Shown piece by piece: positions 18,369 through 27,019 of a DNA stretch of 49,973 bases (position 1 is the first letter of the stretch; each line of letters begins with the position of its first letter). The position numbers and the translations under genes were made by a program. This DNA is from Actinomycetes bacterium (GTDB taxonomy: Bacteria; Actinomycetota; Acidimicrobiia; Acidimicrobiales; JAKAOS01): positions 1-49,973 of the forward strand of contig JAJYPS010000004.1 of the NCBI GenBank assembly GCA_021795215.1. Direction: 5' to 3'. Below the pieces are notes generated by a model, which saw only the letters and a program-made list of their open reading frames with translations, was not told the origin of the DNA and did not search any database.

Positions 18369-18411
18369 ACGCTACCCAGGGAGTGTTCCGGCAACGTTTC
18401 GCGGATGTCAA
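18369..18411 (-). promoter_or_regulatory. Putative GlnR-box promoter of the ATP-grasp/amidotransferase/S9 operon
   Basis: Minus strand TTGAC-n6-GAAAC-n6-GGAAC-n10-TAGCGT. Confidence 0.6.
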
Positions 18412-18604
18412 CATCGGGCTGCCCGGCGAGGCGACCGCGACAGCGCCCATCGAACAGCGGCGGCGTCGTCAGCCCGTGCCGAGCGTCCCGGAGCAGAACC
18501 GGTCGACGACGCTCCTGCAGCAGGACCGAGGGGCGGTGCCGCTACCTCCGGCACTTCCACTACATTCCCGGTGCCGACTCTGGCGAGCCTTCACAGGACA
18601 CCTC

Positions 18605-20743
18605 ATGCGCCACTTGACTCGCTTCTCGCTCAACCATCGATGGGTCGTCGTCGCGCTATGGGCCGTCCTGCTGGCGCTCGGTGGCGCGAGCGCTCCGGGG
18701 CTGTCGAAAACCCTGAGCACCACGTTCTCGCTCCCGAACCAGCCGGCCTACCGAGCCAACACGGTGCTGGCCCGGGCCTACGGCGGAGGGGGTGCGGCGC
18801 CTCCTCTGGTGCTGACCGTGGCTCTTCCCCGCGGCATGACGGTGTACGGTACCAAGGTCCGAGGGGACCTGGCCCGTGGGTTCGCCGCCGTCGAGCACGG
18901 CCGCCGCGGCGGCAGGCTGCGCAGACCGATCCCCGTCCACGTCGTGGACTGGCTCGACACCCACGATGCCCGTTTCGTGTCCTCGCATGGCACTTTCACG
19001 TTCGCTCTCGTCGACATCCCGCCGCTGGGATTCGGGATACCCGATCCGTCTGCCGCCGTGCAGGCCGCCTTCACCAAGGTGGCGCGGCTGCCTGCCGGAA
19101 CAGTGGTCGGCACGACTGGCATCCAGCAGCTGACGCTCAACGGCTCCAAGTCGAGCGGGACCGGAGTGCTGGCCGAGACGCTCCTGGGAGGCGTCGGTGC
19201 CCTGTTCGTGCTGGCTTTCGTCTTCGGCTCGTTCGTAGCTGTCGTGCCGATGGTCATGGCGGCAGTGTCGATCCTTACCACCTTCGCGGCGATCACGGCG
19301 CTGACTCACATCACCAGCGTCTCGTTCATCGTCCAGTTCCTCGTGGCACTGATCGGGCTCGGGGTGGCGATCGACTACTCCCTGCTCGTCATCACGAGGT
19401 GGCGGGAGGAGCGCAACGCCGGCAGATCGAACACCGACGCGGTGGATGTCGCCATGCGCACGGCAGGTACGGCTGTGGCGTTCTCCGGCATCACGGTCGC
19501 CGTAGGTCTGTTCGCACTCGTGTTCCTCCCGGTGCCGTTCCTCCGTTCGGTCGGCTACGGAGGGGTGCTGATCCCTTTCGTCAGCGTGGCCGTGGCCCTG
19601 ACTCTGCTTCCCGTGCTTCTGGCGTCCATCGGGCCGTTCATCGACCGCCCACGCCTCCGGACGAGCGTGACGGCCAGCCGCCCGTGGCTCGCATGGGGCC
19701 GGTTGGTCATCCGCCACCGGGTCCTGGCGGCACTGGCAGCCGTGGCCGTCCTGGCTGCGCTGGTGGTGCCCGCTGCGACGATCCAGGTAGGAGATCCCGG
19801 CACGTCCTCCCTGGCCAAGTCGGGCACCGCATACGCCGGACTTCGCCAGCTCCAACTGCACCACGTCCCTCTGGGGGTTCTGGACCCTATACAGGTTCTG
19901 GTCCCCGCCAGCGCGCCGCGGACGGCAGTACGGACGGTAGTAGAGGCGACGTCCCGGCTTCCGGGCGTCTACACGGCCATCGCTGCAGGTGCCGTCCCGA
20001 GGGCCGGCGAGGTGGACGTGCTCCCGTACGACGAGACCAACGCGGGCTCCGGCGCGGCCCTCGTAGGCCAGGTGCGGCGTGCGCTGCAACCGGTTCCAGG
20101 TGCCGTGGTCGCCGGTTTCGGCGCCGAGTCCCAGGCGTTCAACACCGCCGTCTACGGAACCTTCCCGTACATGCTGGCGGCAATCCTGTCCCTCACCTTC
20201 GTCCTCCTGGCGTGGGCGTTCCGCTCTGCGGTGCTCGCCCTGAAAGCGGTGCTGCTCAACTTGGTGTCCGTCACGGCGACTTACGGAGTGATGGTCCTCG
20301 TGTGGCAGGACGGGTTCGGGTCGAAGATCTTGTGGGGCATACCGGCGACCGGAGCGATCACCAACTTCATTCCGCTGATGGTGTTCGCCTTCCTCTTCGG
20401 GCTCTCGATGGACTACGAGGTGTTCATCCTGGCCCGCATACGAGAGGAGTACGACCGGACCCACTCGACCGACGAGGCAGTGGTGGAAGGCATCGGGCGT
20501 ACCGGGCGCCTCGTCACCAGTGCCGCCCTGATCCTCTTCCTCTCCTTCCTGTCCCTGTCGCAGGCCCCCAACGTGGACATCAAGGTGTTCGCCACCGGGC
20601 TCGGCGCGGGCATCCTCCTCGACGCGACCGTCGTGCGAGCCCTTCTCGTTCCGGCACTGGTCAGCCTGCTCGGAAAGTCCAACTGGTGGTGGTTCCACTC
20701 CCGGTCGAGCGTGACCTCCGTGGGACAGGGCAGGGCTGGGTAG
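18605..20743 (+). CDS. MMPL/RND family transporter
   Basis: GLGVAIDYSLL...RWREE and FGLSMDYEVFILARIREE repeats; two TM blocks. Confidence 0.93.
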   Translation: MRHLTRFSLNHRWVVVALWAVLLALGGASAPGLSKTLSTTFSLPNQPAYRANTVLARAYGGGGAAPPLVLTVALPRGMTVYGTKVRGDLARGFAAVEHGRRGGRLRRPIPVHVVDWLDTHDARFVSSHGTFTFALVDIPPLGFGIPDPSAAVQAAFTKVARLPAGTVVGTTGIQQLTLNGSKSSGTGVLAETLLGGVGALFVLAFVFGSFVAVVPMVMAAVSILTTFAAITALTHITSVSFIVQFLVALIGLGVAIDYSLLVITRWREERNAGRSNTDAVDVAMRTAGTAVAFSGITVAVGLFALVFLPVPFLRSVGYGGVLIPFVSVAVALTLLPVLLASIGPFIDRPRLRTSVTASRPWLAWGRLVIRHRVLAALAAVAVLAALVVPAATIQVGDPGTSSLAKSGTAYAGLRQLQLHHVPLGVLDPIQVLVPASAPRTAVRTVVEATSRLPGVYTAIAAGAVPRAGEVDVLPYDETNAGSGAALVGQVRRALQPVPGAVVAGFGAESQAFNTAVYGTFPYMLAAILSLTFVLLAWAFRSAVLALKAVLLNLVSVTATYGVMVLVWQDGFGSKILWGIPATGAITNFIPLMVFAFLFGLSMDYEVFILARIREEYDRTHSTDEAVVEGIGRTGRLVTSAALILFLSFLSLSQAPNVDIKVFATGLGAGILLDATVVRALLVPALVSLLGKSNWWWFHSRSSVTSVGQGRAG

Positions 20744-20791
20744 TCCGGGCTGGGCAGTCCCGGGTTGGGTAGGACCGGGTTGGGTAGGACC
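20733..20791 (+). repeat. Four imperfect 14-15 bp G-rich tandem repeats
   Basis: GGGCTGGGTAGTCC, GGGCTGGGCAGTCCC, then GGGTTGGGTAGGACC twice. Confidence 0.85.
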
Positions 20792-20829
20792 GAACGCAGG
20801 ACGGACACGCCCGTCGCTCGGACCGGCTC

Positions 20830-21162
20830 GTCCCGTGTGGTGTCGTTAGCCTCCGGTCGCCCGGCAGCGTCGTGGAGGCGACTGCCCATGTGCGGGGCGG
20901 AAGAGTCAGCATGTCGGTGGGACACCTGGTGCCGAACACAGCCACAAGGACCATATACGTGCTGTGGGAGGTTGCTCCGCGAAACGCTCCCCGAGCGGTC
21001 GCCTCCTTCAGCGTGGGTCGCTCGCACCGTCGCAAGCTTCACGCTGCCGCGTTGCCTGTGCCCTACAGCGGTTCGGCGAAACTGACCCTTGCCCTCGGCC
21101 TCGAACGGGGACCCAGGCCACCTTCCTCGCCAACCTTGGAGGTGGCCGCAGGGACCACTTGA
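20830..21162 (+). pseudogene. Possible anti-sigma factor (RskA-like) C-terminal remnant
   Basis: IYVLWEV...PRAVASF...LALGLERG.RPPSSPT resembles the RskA C-terminus; no N-terminus and an apparent frameshift near 20870. Confidence 0.4.
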
Positions 21163-21217
21163 GTGCTCTGGCCGCTCCTGACCGTGGACACCGGTTTGCG
21201 TCCTACGATGACGTCGT

Positions 21218-21952
21218 ATGACCGAGAACCTGGTCTGGATCACCGGTGCCTCGGCGGGTATCGGGAAGGCGATGGCCGTTTCGGTGCCCTGGCCTGGCTC
21301 CCGGGTGGTCGGGATCTGTCGTTCGGCGGTGCCTGCGGGAGTCGAGCATCTCTCCCTGGACCTGTCCAGACCATCCGAGTGGCCGAAGCTGGCCGAGGCG
21401 ATCCTCCACGATGCGCAGAAGTTCGCCGGCCTCCGGCTGGTGCTGGTGCACGCAGCCGCCACCGTCGGACCGCTCGCCTTCGCCGAGCAAGCGAACCAGC
21501 GTGAGTACGCGGACTCGGTCGTGCTGAACGCAGCCGCACCGATGGCTATCGGGGCAGCCTTTCTCCATGCCACCTCGGGCTGCGACTGCGAGCGGATCCT
21601 GCTGCAGCTCTCGTCCGGCGCCAGCCGCTCGATATATCCCGGCTGGTCCTCCTACGGGCCGTCCAAGGCGGCGGTCGACCACTGGGTGAGAACGGTCGGC
21701 GAGGAGCAGTCACGGCGTGGTGGCGCTCGCGTGCTGGGAGTCGCACCGGGCACCGTGTCCACCAGCATGCAGGCGTCGCTGCGATCGAGCTCGGAGGAGT
21801 CCTTCCCGAACCGGTCCAAGTTCGTCGACCTGCACGAGAAGGGCATCCTGACCTCGCCGGAGACGGCTGCTGCGGACCTCTGGGGAGTGATCCGGAGCGA
21901 CCTGCCCAGCGGTTCGGTGGTCGATCTCCGGGAGCTCGCCTCCGGAGGCTGA
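21218..21952 (+). CDS. SDR family oxidoreductase (sepiapterin/benzil reductase-like)
   Basis: ITGASAGIG, SSGA and YGPSK motifs. Confidence 0.9.
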   Translation: MTENLVWITGASAGIGKAMAVSVPWPGSRVVGICRSAVPAGVEHLSLDLSRPSEWPKLAEAILHDAQKFAGLRLVLVHAAATVGPLAFAEQANQREYADSVVLNAAAPMAIGAAFLHATSGCDCERILLQLSSGASRSIYPGWSSYGPSKAAVDHWVRTVGEEQSRRGGARVLGVAPGTVSTSMQASLRSSSEESFPNRSKFVDLHEKGILTSPETAAADLWGVIRSDLPSGSVVDLRELASGG

Positions 21953-21958
21953 CCACCT

Positions 21959-23275
21959 TTGGGCCGTCGACAGCGGCAGAGCAGCCTGGACAGGCGGCTG
22001 GCTTCGCTGGCTCTACCGGCGCTCGGAGCGCTGGCGGTCGAGCCGCTCTACAATCTGACCGACACCGCCGTCGTCGGGCATCTCGGTGTCGCGGAACTCG
22101 GCGGACTGGCAGTCGCTAGTGCGATCCTCAACCTGATCCAGTTCGGAGCGGGATTCCTCTCCACCGCTACGGCCTCCAGAGTCGCCTACCTGCGGGGCCA
22201 GGGTGAGCCGGAACGAGCGGCGGCGGCGGCCGGCGCCGCTTACCTCACGGCCATGCTCGGAGGCGTCATGGTCGCCGCAATGGTGGTGCTGGCGGCACGA
22301 CCGCTCGCACTCTTGGCGGGGGCCAGAGGGCCGGTCGTGCCGCCGACGGTCACCTATCTCAGGCTGGCCGGTACGGGCGAGCCATTCCTCTTGCTCTTCC
22401 TCGCAGGGGTCGGCCACCTCCGCGGCAGAGCCGACACAATGACGCCCTTCGTCGTCACCGTCGTCGGCACCTCGACGAACCTGGCGCTCGAGCTGGTGCT
22501 CGTGTACGGCCTCGGCTGGGGGATTGCCGGTTCTGCCGTGGGCACCGTGGCTGCTCAGGTGCTCGCAGCCGCAGTCCTGCTCGGCCTGCTCCGAAGGAGG
22601 GGCTCACTGCCGGGCCTCGGCCTCCGTCCCGCCGGCGAGCTCCGCATACTCTGGCGGTCCGCACGGGTGTTGCTGGTGCGGACCGCCGCGCTGGTCGCGG
22701 TGCTGAGCGGCAGCACGCTGGTTGCGGCTCGCATGGGGACCGTCGTGCTGGGCGCCCACCAGATAGCGCTGCAAGTATGGTTCCTGCTCGCTCTCTCACT
22801 CGATGCTCTGGCCGTTCCTGCACAGGTGCTGGTGGGGGAAGCGATCGGTGCGGAGGACTTCGACGCGGCCGAAACCACCGCTCGGAGAGTAGTGACCAGG
22901 GGAGTCCAGGCTTCCGCCTTTCTTGCCGCCCTGACGGCGGCTACTGCTCCGTGGGTCCCGCGGCTGTTCACTTCCTCGCTCTCGATCGCTCGCCCGGCCA
23001 CCACTGCGATCTTTCTGGTCGCAGCGTCACTTCCTCTCACGGCGATCGCCTTCGAGCTCGACGGCGTCCTGTTCGGAGCCTCCGACTACAGATATCTCCG
23101 CAAGGCGATGTGGCTCGCCGCAGTTGTGTTCACTCCGTTCGCCACGCTCGCCCTGACTGTTCCCGGAGCCGGCATCGCCACCCTTTGGGCAGGCATAGCT
23201 TCGTGGCTCGGAGCAAGGGCGGCCCTGTTGACGTTGCGATGGAGGAGCGGGCGGTGGAAGTTGGCCGGTTCCTGA
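21959..23275 (+). CDS. MATE family efflux transporter (DinF-like)
   Basis: EPLYNLTDTAVVGHLG, AHQIALQ, LDALA, LDGVLFG. Confidence 0.9.
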   Translation: MGRRQRQSSLDRRLASLALPALGALAVEPLYNLTDTAVVGHLGVAELGGLAVASAILNLIQFGAGFLSTATASRVAYLRGQGEPERAAAAAGAAYLTAMLGGVMVAAMVVLAARPLALLAGARGPVVPPTVTYLRLAGTGEPFLLLFLAGVGHLRGRADTMTPFVVTVVGTSTNLALELVLVYGLGWGIAGSAVGTVAAQVLAAAVLLGLLRRRGSLPGLGLRPAGELRILWRSARVLLVRTAALVAVLSGSTLVAARMGTVVLGAHQIALQVWFLLALSLDALAVPAQVLVGEAIGAEDFDAAETTARRVVTRGVQASAFLAALTAATAPWVPRLFTSSLSIARPATTAIFLVAASLPLTAIAFELDGVLFGASDYRYLRKAMWLAAVVFTPFATLALTVPGAGIATLWAGIASWLGARAALLTLRWRSGRWKLAGS

Positions 23276-23279
23276 CCAC

Positions 23280-24791
23280 TCACGCGGCGCGGGGAGAAGG
23301 TCCCATCTTGCCGCCGACCGCATGGAGGGCCGCCAAAGGCGCTGCCACGTCTTCGAGCGACCTCCTCTCCGCCGCGACGCCCAGGACCGCTTCCACGACT
23401 CCCCCCGCAATCATCAGGGCCGCCCCCGCCAGGTACCCGACGAACACGGCCGACCGGCTGCCCGAGCCGATCAGCGCACCGAAGAACGCCGGTGCGGCAA
23501 CACCACCGACCAACTGCCCGATGGCGAAGAAGTACGAGATCGCCTGCGACCGAAGCTCCACCGGGAAGATCTCGCTCGACGTCAGGTACGCCGAACTTGC
23601 AGCCGCCGACGCGATGAAGAAGATCACCGACCACAGTGCTGTCTGAGTCAGCGCCGTGAGAACTCCCATCTTGAAGAGGTATCCTGTCATCGCCAGCAAG
23701 ATGCCGGACGACACGTAAGTCAGGGTGATCATCTGTTTCCTTCCGACCGAATCGAAGAAACGACCCAGTACGAACGGACCGGCGAGGTTTCCCGCTGCAA
23801 AGAAGAAGAAGTAGTACCCCGTCGAGGAGGCTGGAATATGGTAGTACTTGTGTAGCAGCAGACTGTAAGTAAAGAAGATTGCGTTGTAGAGGAAGGACTG
23901 CGTTACGAACAGCGTGAGCGCGAGTAGCGAGCGACCAGGGTACTTCCTGATCATGATCCTCGTTATCTCTCTGTAAGTCACCTTCTCACGAGGCTTGATC
24001 GTCAGCCCCCGGTCCGGCGAGACTGTTTCGAGCGAATGCCCCTCCGCCCTTGCCCGCTCCTCGAGCCCCGCCGTGACACGCTCCGCCTCTTCGAAGTGGC
24101 CGTGTGTCAGCAGCCACCTCGGGCTCTCCGGCAGCCTCCTGCGCATTCCGATGATGGCCAGGACCACCACGGGGCCGAGCAGGAACGCTATGCGCCACCC
24201 GACATTGGCCGGCAGCATGGAGGAGAGAAGCGGGATCGTTATCCCAGCACCAATGGCGGCCCCCAGCCAGTAGGTCCCGTTGACGCACAGGTCCGTCACA
24301 CCCCTGTGCTTCGCGGGCACAAGCTCGTCTATGGCGGAGTTGATCGCGGCATACTCGCCCCCGATCCCCATGCCGGCCAGGACCCTGAACCCGATCAGCA
24401 GAGGCCAGGTCCACGCTACGGCAGTCAGCGCGTTGGCGACCATGTACAGGCCCACCGTCACCAAGAACAGTTTTCGACGTCCCAACAGATCCGCGAGCTT
24501 GCCGAAAAAAAGCGCTCCGACAACTTCGCCAGCCAGATACCAGCTGGCCGAAGCGGCAGCAGTAGCGGTGCTCACATGGAAGACCGCCGGGCTCGTCCAC
24601 CGGGAGGCCACGTTCCCTGCCACCGAGATCTCGATGCCGTCCAGCACCCAAGTAATGCCGAGAGCGACGATCATCATGCTGTGGAAACGGGTCCACGGCA
24701 ACCTGTCCAGCCTGGCCGGGATCAGGCTCCTCGTTCCGTCCGATGCGCCTTCTACGCCCGAGGCGTCCACAGCGCCGCCTATTGTATTCAT
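23280..24791 (-). CDS. MFS transporter
   Basis: GKLADLLGRRK, GIGGEYAAINSAIDE, PESPRWL, SEIFPVELR. Confidence 0.93.
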   Translation of the reverse strand: MNTIGGAVDASGVEGASDGTRSLIPARLDRLPWTRFHSMMIVALGITWVLDGIEISVAGNVASRWTSPAVFHVSTATAAASASWYLAGEVVGALFFGKLADLLGRRKLFLVTVGLYMVANALTAVAWTWPLLIGFRVLAGMGIGGEYAAINSAIDELVPAKHRGVTDLCVNGTYWLGAAIGAGITIPLLSSMLPANVGWRIAFLLGPVVVLAIIGMRRRLPESPRWLLTHGHFEEAERVTAGLEERARAEGHSLETVSPDRGLTIKPREKVTYREITRIMIRKYPGRSLLALTLFVTQSFLYNAIFFTYSLLLHKYYHIPASSTGYYFFFFAAGNLAGPFVLGRFFDSVGRKQMITLTYVSSGILLAMTGYLFKMGVLTALTQTALWSVIFFIASAAASSAYLTSSEIFPVELRSQAISYFFAIGQLVGGVAAPAFFGALIGSGSRSAVFVGYLAGAALMIAGGVVEAVLGVAAERRSLEDVAAPLAALHAVGGKMGPSPRAA

Positions 24792-24968
24792 CGCCCCCCC
24801 GCTTCGGTGCCAGCTACACGCCTACCACGGGCCGGTCTTACCCCCTCCTCCGAACTTGATACCTGATACCTGGTTCCTCCGGACTTGATACCTGGCTCGT
24901 GCGAGCATTCCACCACACCGCTCCGAGGGCGCACCAACGCAACGAATCCACCGAGGTAGGGTCGAACG

Positions 24969-26474
24969 GTGCCGGTCGACCCTACGGTAAAGACGTCCTT
25001 CGGAATGCTGTCCGGCACCGAGACGCCTTCTGAAGTGCTCAAGTTCCTGGGCGTTCCTTACGCGACGCCTCCCGTCGGGAGCCTGCGATTCAGGTCGCCC
25101 CAGCCGGTATCGCCCTGGACAGGAGTTCGACCGGCGGCACGCTTCTCACCGATGGCGATCCAACCCATAACTCCGATGGAGCATGCGCTCGGGGTCGCCG
25201 CTCATCCCATGTCGGAGGACTGCCTGTACCTGAACATATGGACTCCTTCGGTCGACGGCCGCCTGCCGGTCATGGTGTGGCTCCACGGCGGAGCGTTCAC
25301 CAACGGTTCCGGCTCGGTCCCGTGGTACGACGGCGAGAACCTCGCTCGGCAGCACCAGGTCGTAGTGGTCACCCTGAACTACCGGTTGGGAGTGTTCGGC
25401 TTCCTCGATCTCGCCGGTTACGACCCCGAGACTTTCGAGGGTTCGGCCAACGCGGGGGTCTTGGACCAAAAGGCCGCTCTGGAGTGGGTCAGGGACAACA
25501 TCGGCAGCTTCGGCGGCGATCCGGCAAGGGTTTGCGTGTTCGGCCAATCGGCCGGCGCGATAAGCATCGCAGCGCTGATCTCCATTCCCGCCGCGGCCGA
25601 CCTCTTCGGCAGGGCGATCCTGCAGTCGGGCATCACGGCAGGAGTGGTCGACCGCGACCAGTCAGTCTCCCGGACGCGGTCGATCCTCGACCGTCTGGGC
25701 GTGGAGCGTGTCGACCGACAGAAGGACCGAGAGAAGCTTGCGTCCATTCCCGCAGCAGAGCTCCTGGCGGCGCAGGAGTCGACCGCCCTCGCCCACCCGC
25801 TCGCAATGCCTTTCGGGCCGGCCGTCGACGGGTCGCTTTTGCGCCGTCAGCCGATCGAAGCTATTCGGGGCGGTGCTGCACGTGACATAGAGCTCCTCGT
25901 GGGTGCCAACGAAAACGAGACGCGCCTCTTCCGCCTGCTGCTTCCTTCCCTTTTGCAGCTCCAGGACCGGAGGCAGCTGGTGGCCAAGGCGAGCCTTCTC
26001 TTCGGGGCATCCCTGGCGGAGGAGATGGCGTCGGCCTGCGCAGAACTACTGCCCGGCGCGTCGCCCTCCGAGCAGTGGGAGACGATGCTCGACGCGGGCC
26101 AGTTCCACGCCAACGTCTCCCTGGTCGCTCAAGCCCAAACCGGTGCAGGAGGTCGCTGCTACACCTATCTTTTCGCCTGGCGATCACGAGCGCTCGGCGG
26201 CAGCCTGGGTGCCTGTCACGGTCTGGAGCTGCCCTTCGTGTTCGACAATCTCGACAGTACCGGAGCCGAAATGCTCACCGGCAGTGGCGAGGACCGCCGC
26301 GACGTCGCTTCCATGATGGCGGCCGCCTGGACGGCGTTCGCTCGCTCCGGCAGGCCGCAAGCAGACGGTCTACCTACGTGGACTCCGTACGAGCGAGGGA
26401 GACCTTCTACGATGGTGTTCGATTCGAATCCCCGAATGGCCGATCTGCCGATTCCGCCGTGGGATCGCCGGTGA
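24969..26474 (+). CDS. Type B carboxylesterase/lipase
   Basis: SEDCLYLNIW, WLHGGAF, FGQSAG, ACHGLELPFVF. Confidence 0.93.
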   Translation: MPVDPTVKTSFGMLSGTETPSEVLKFLGVPYATPPVGSLRFRSPQPVSPWTGVRPAARFSPMAIQPITPMEHALGVAAHPMSEDCLYLNIWTPSVDGRLPVMVWLHGGAFTNGSGSVPWYDGENLARQHQVVVVTLNYRLGVFGFLDLAGYDPETFEGSANAGVLDQKAALEWVRDNIGSFGGDPARVCVFGQSAGAISIAALISIPAAADLFGRAILQSGITAGVVDRDQSVSRTRSILDRLGVERVDRQKDREKLASIPAAELLAAQESTALAHPLAMPFGPAVDGSLLRRQPIEAIRGGAARDIELLVGANENETRLFRLLLPSLLQLQDRRQLVAKASLLFGASLAEEMASACAELLPGASPSEQWETMLDAGQFHANVSLVAQAQTGAGGRCYTYLFAWRSRALGGSLGACHGLELPFVFDNLDSTGAEMLTGSGEDRRDVASMMAAAWTAFARSGRPQADGLPTWTPYERGRPSTMVFDSNPRMADLPIPPWDRR

Positions 26475-26548
26475 AGCAGCGGTAAAGCCAGCCCAGTATC
26501 CCCTCAAGCTTCGGAGCTTGTCTTCCGATAGATACGTGAGGAGGAACT

Positions 26549-27019
26549 TTGACTGCATTGAGTCCTTTTTATCCTTTGCCCGAAGCAGGTGGAGCGCCCG
26601 ACCGGGTGGACCCTGTGGCGGTGCGAGTCCTGATCGTCGACGACGACCCCAAGATCCGGCGGATAATCAGTATCTGCCTTTCCCTCGAATCGGGTTTCGA
26701 AGTGGTAGGAGAAGCGTCGGGCGGGGCGGAAGCGGTGAAGCTGGCCGCCACGTCGCGACCGGACGTAGTCCTGCTGGACCTGGAGATGCCGGGCATGAAC
26801 GGGCTCGCTGCAATGCCGGCGATACGCCGGGAGGTGCCCGACGCGAAGATAGCCGTCCTGTCCGCCTTTCCGGATCCCTTCACGTTGGGCGATGCCCTCT
26901 CCCGAGGCGCCGACACCTACCTGGACAAGGCGATGGGCCTGGCCGAGCTGCCGGCTGTCCTGAGGAGCCTGGTGGAGCCGGACGGCCAGGACGACGACCC
27001 CTCGTCCCTCACGCCGTAG
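26549..27019 (+). CDS. Stand-alone response regulator receiver protein
   Basis: VLIVDDD, PDVVLLDLEMPGMNG, YLDK; no output domain; GAGGAGG before the TTG (alternative start 26606). Confidence 0.85.
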   Translation: MTALSPFYPLPEAGGAPDRVDPVAVRVLIVDDDPKIRRIISICLSLESGFEVVGEASGGAEAVKLAATSRPDVVLLDLEMPGMNGLAAMPAIRREVPDAKIAVLSAFPDPFTLGDALSRGADTYLDKAMGLAELPAVLRSLVEPDGQDDDPSSLTP

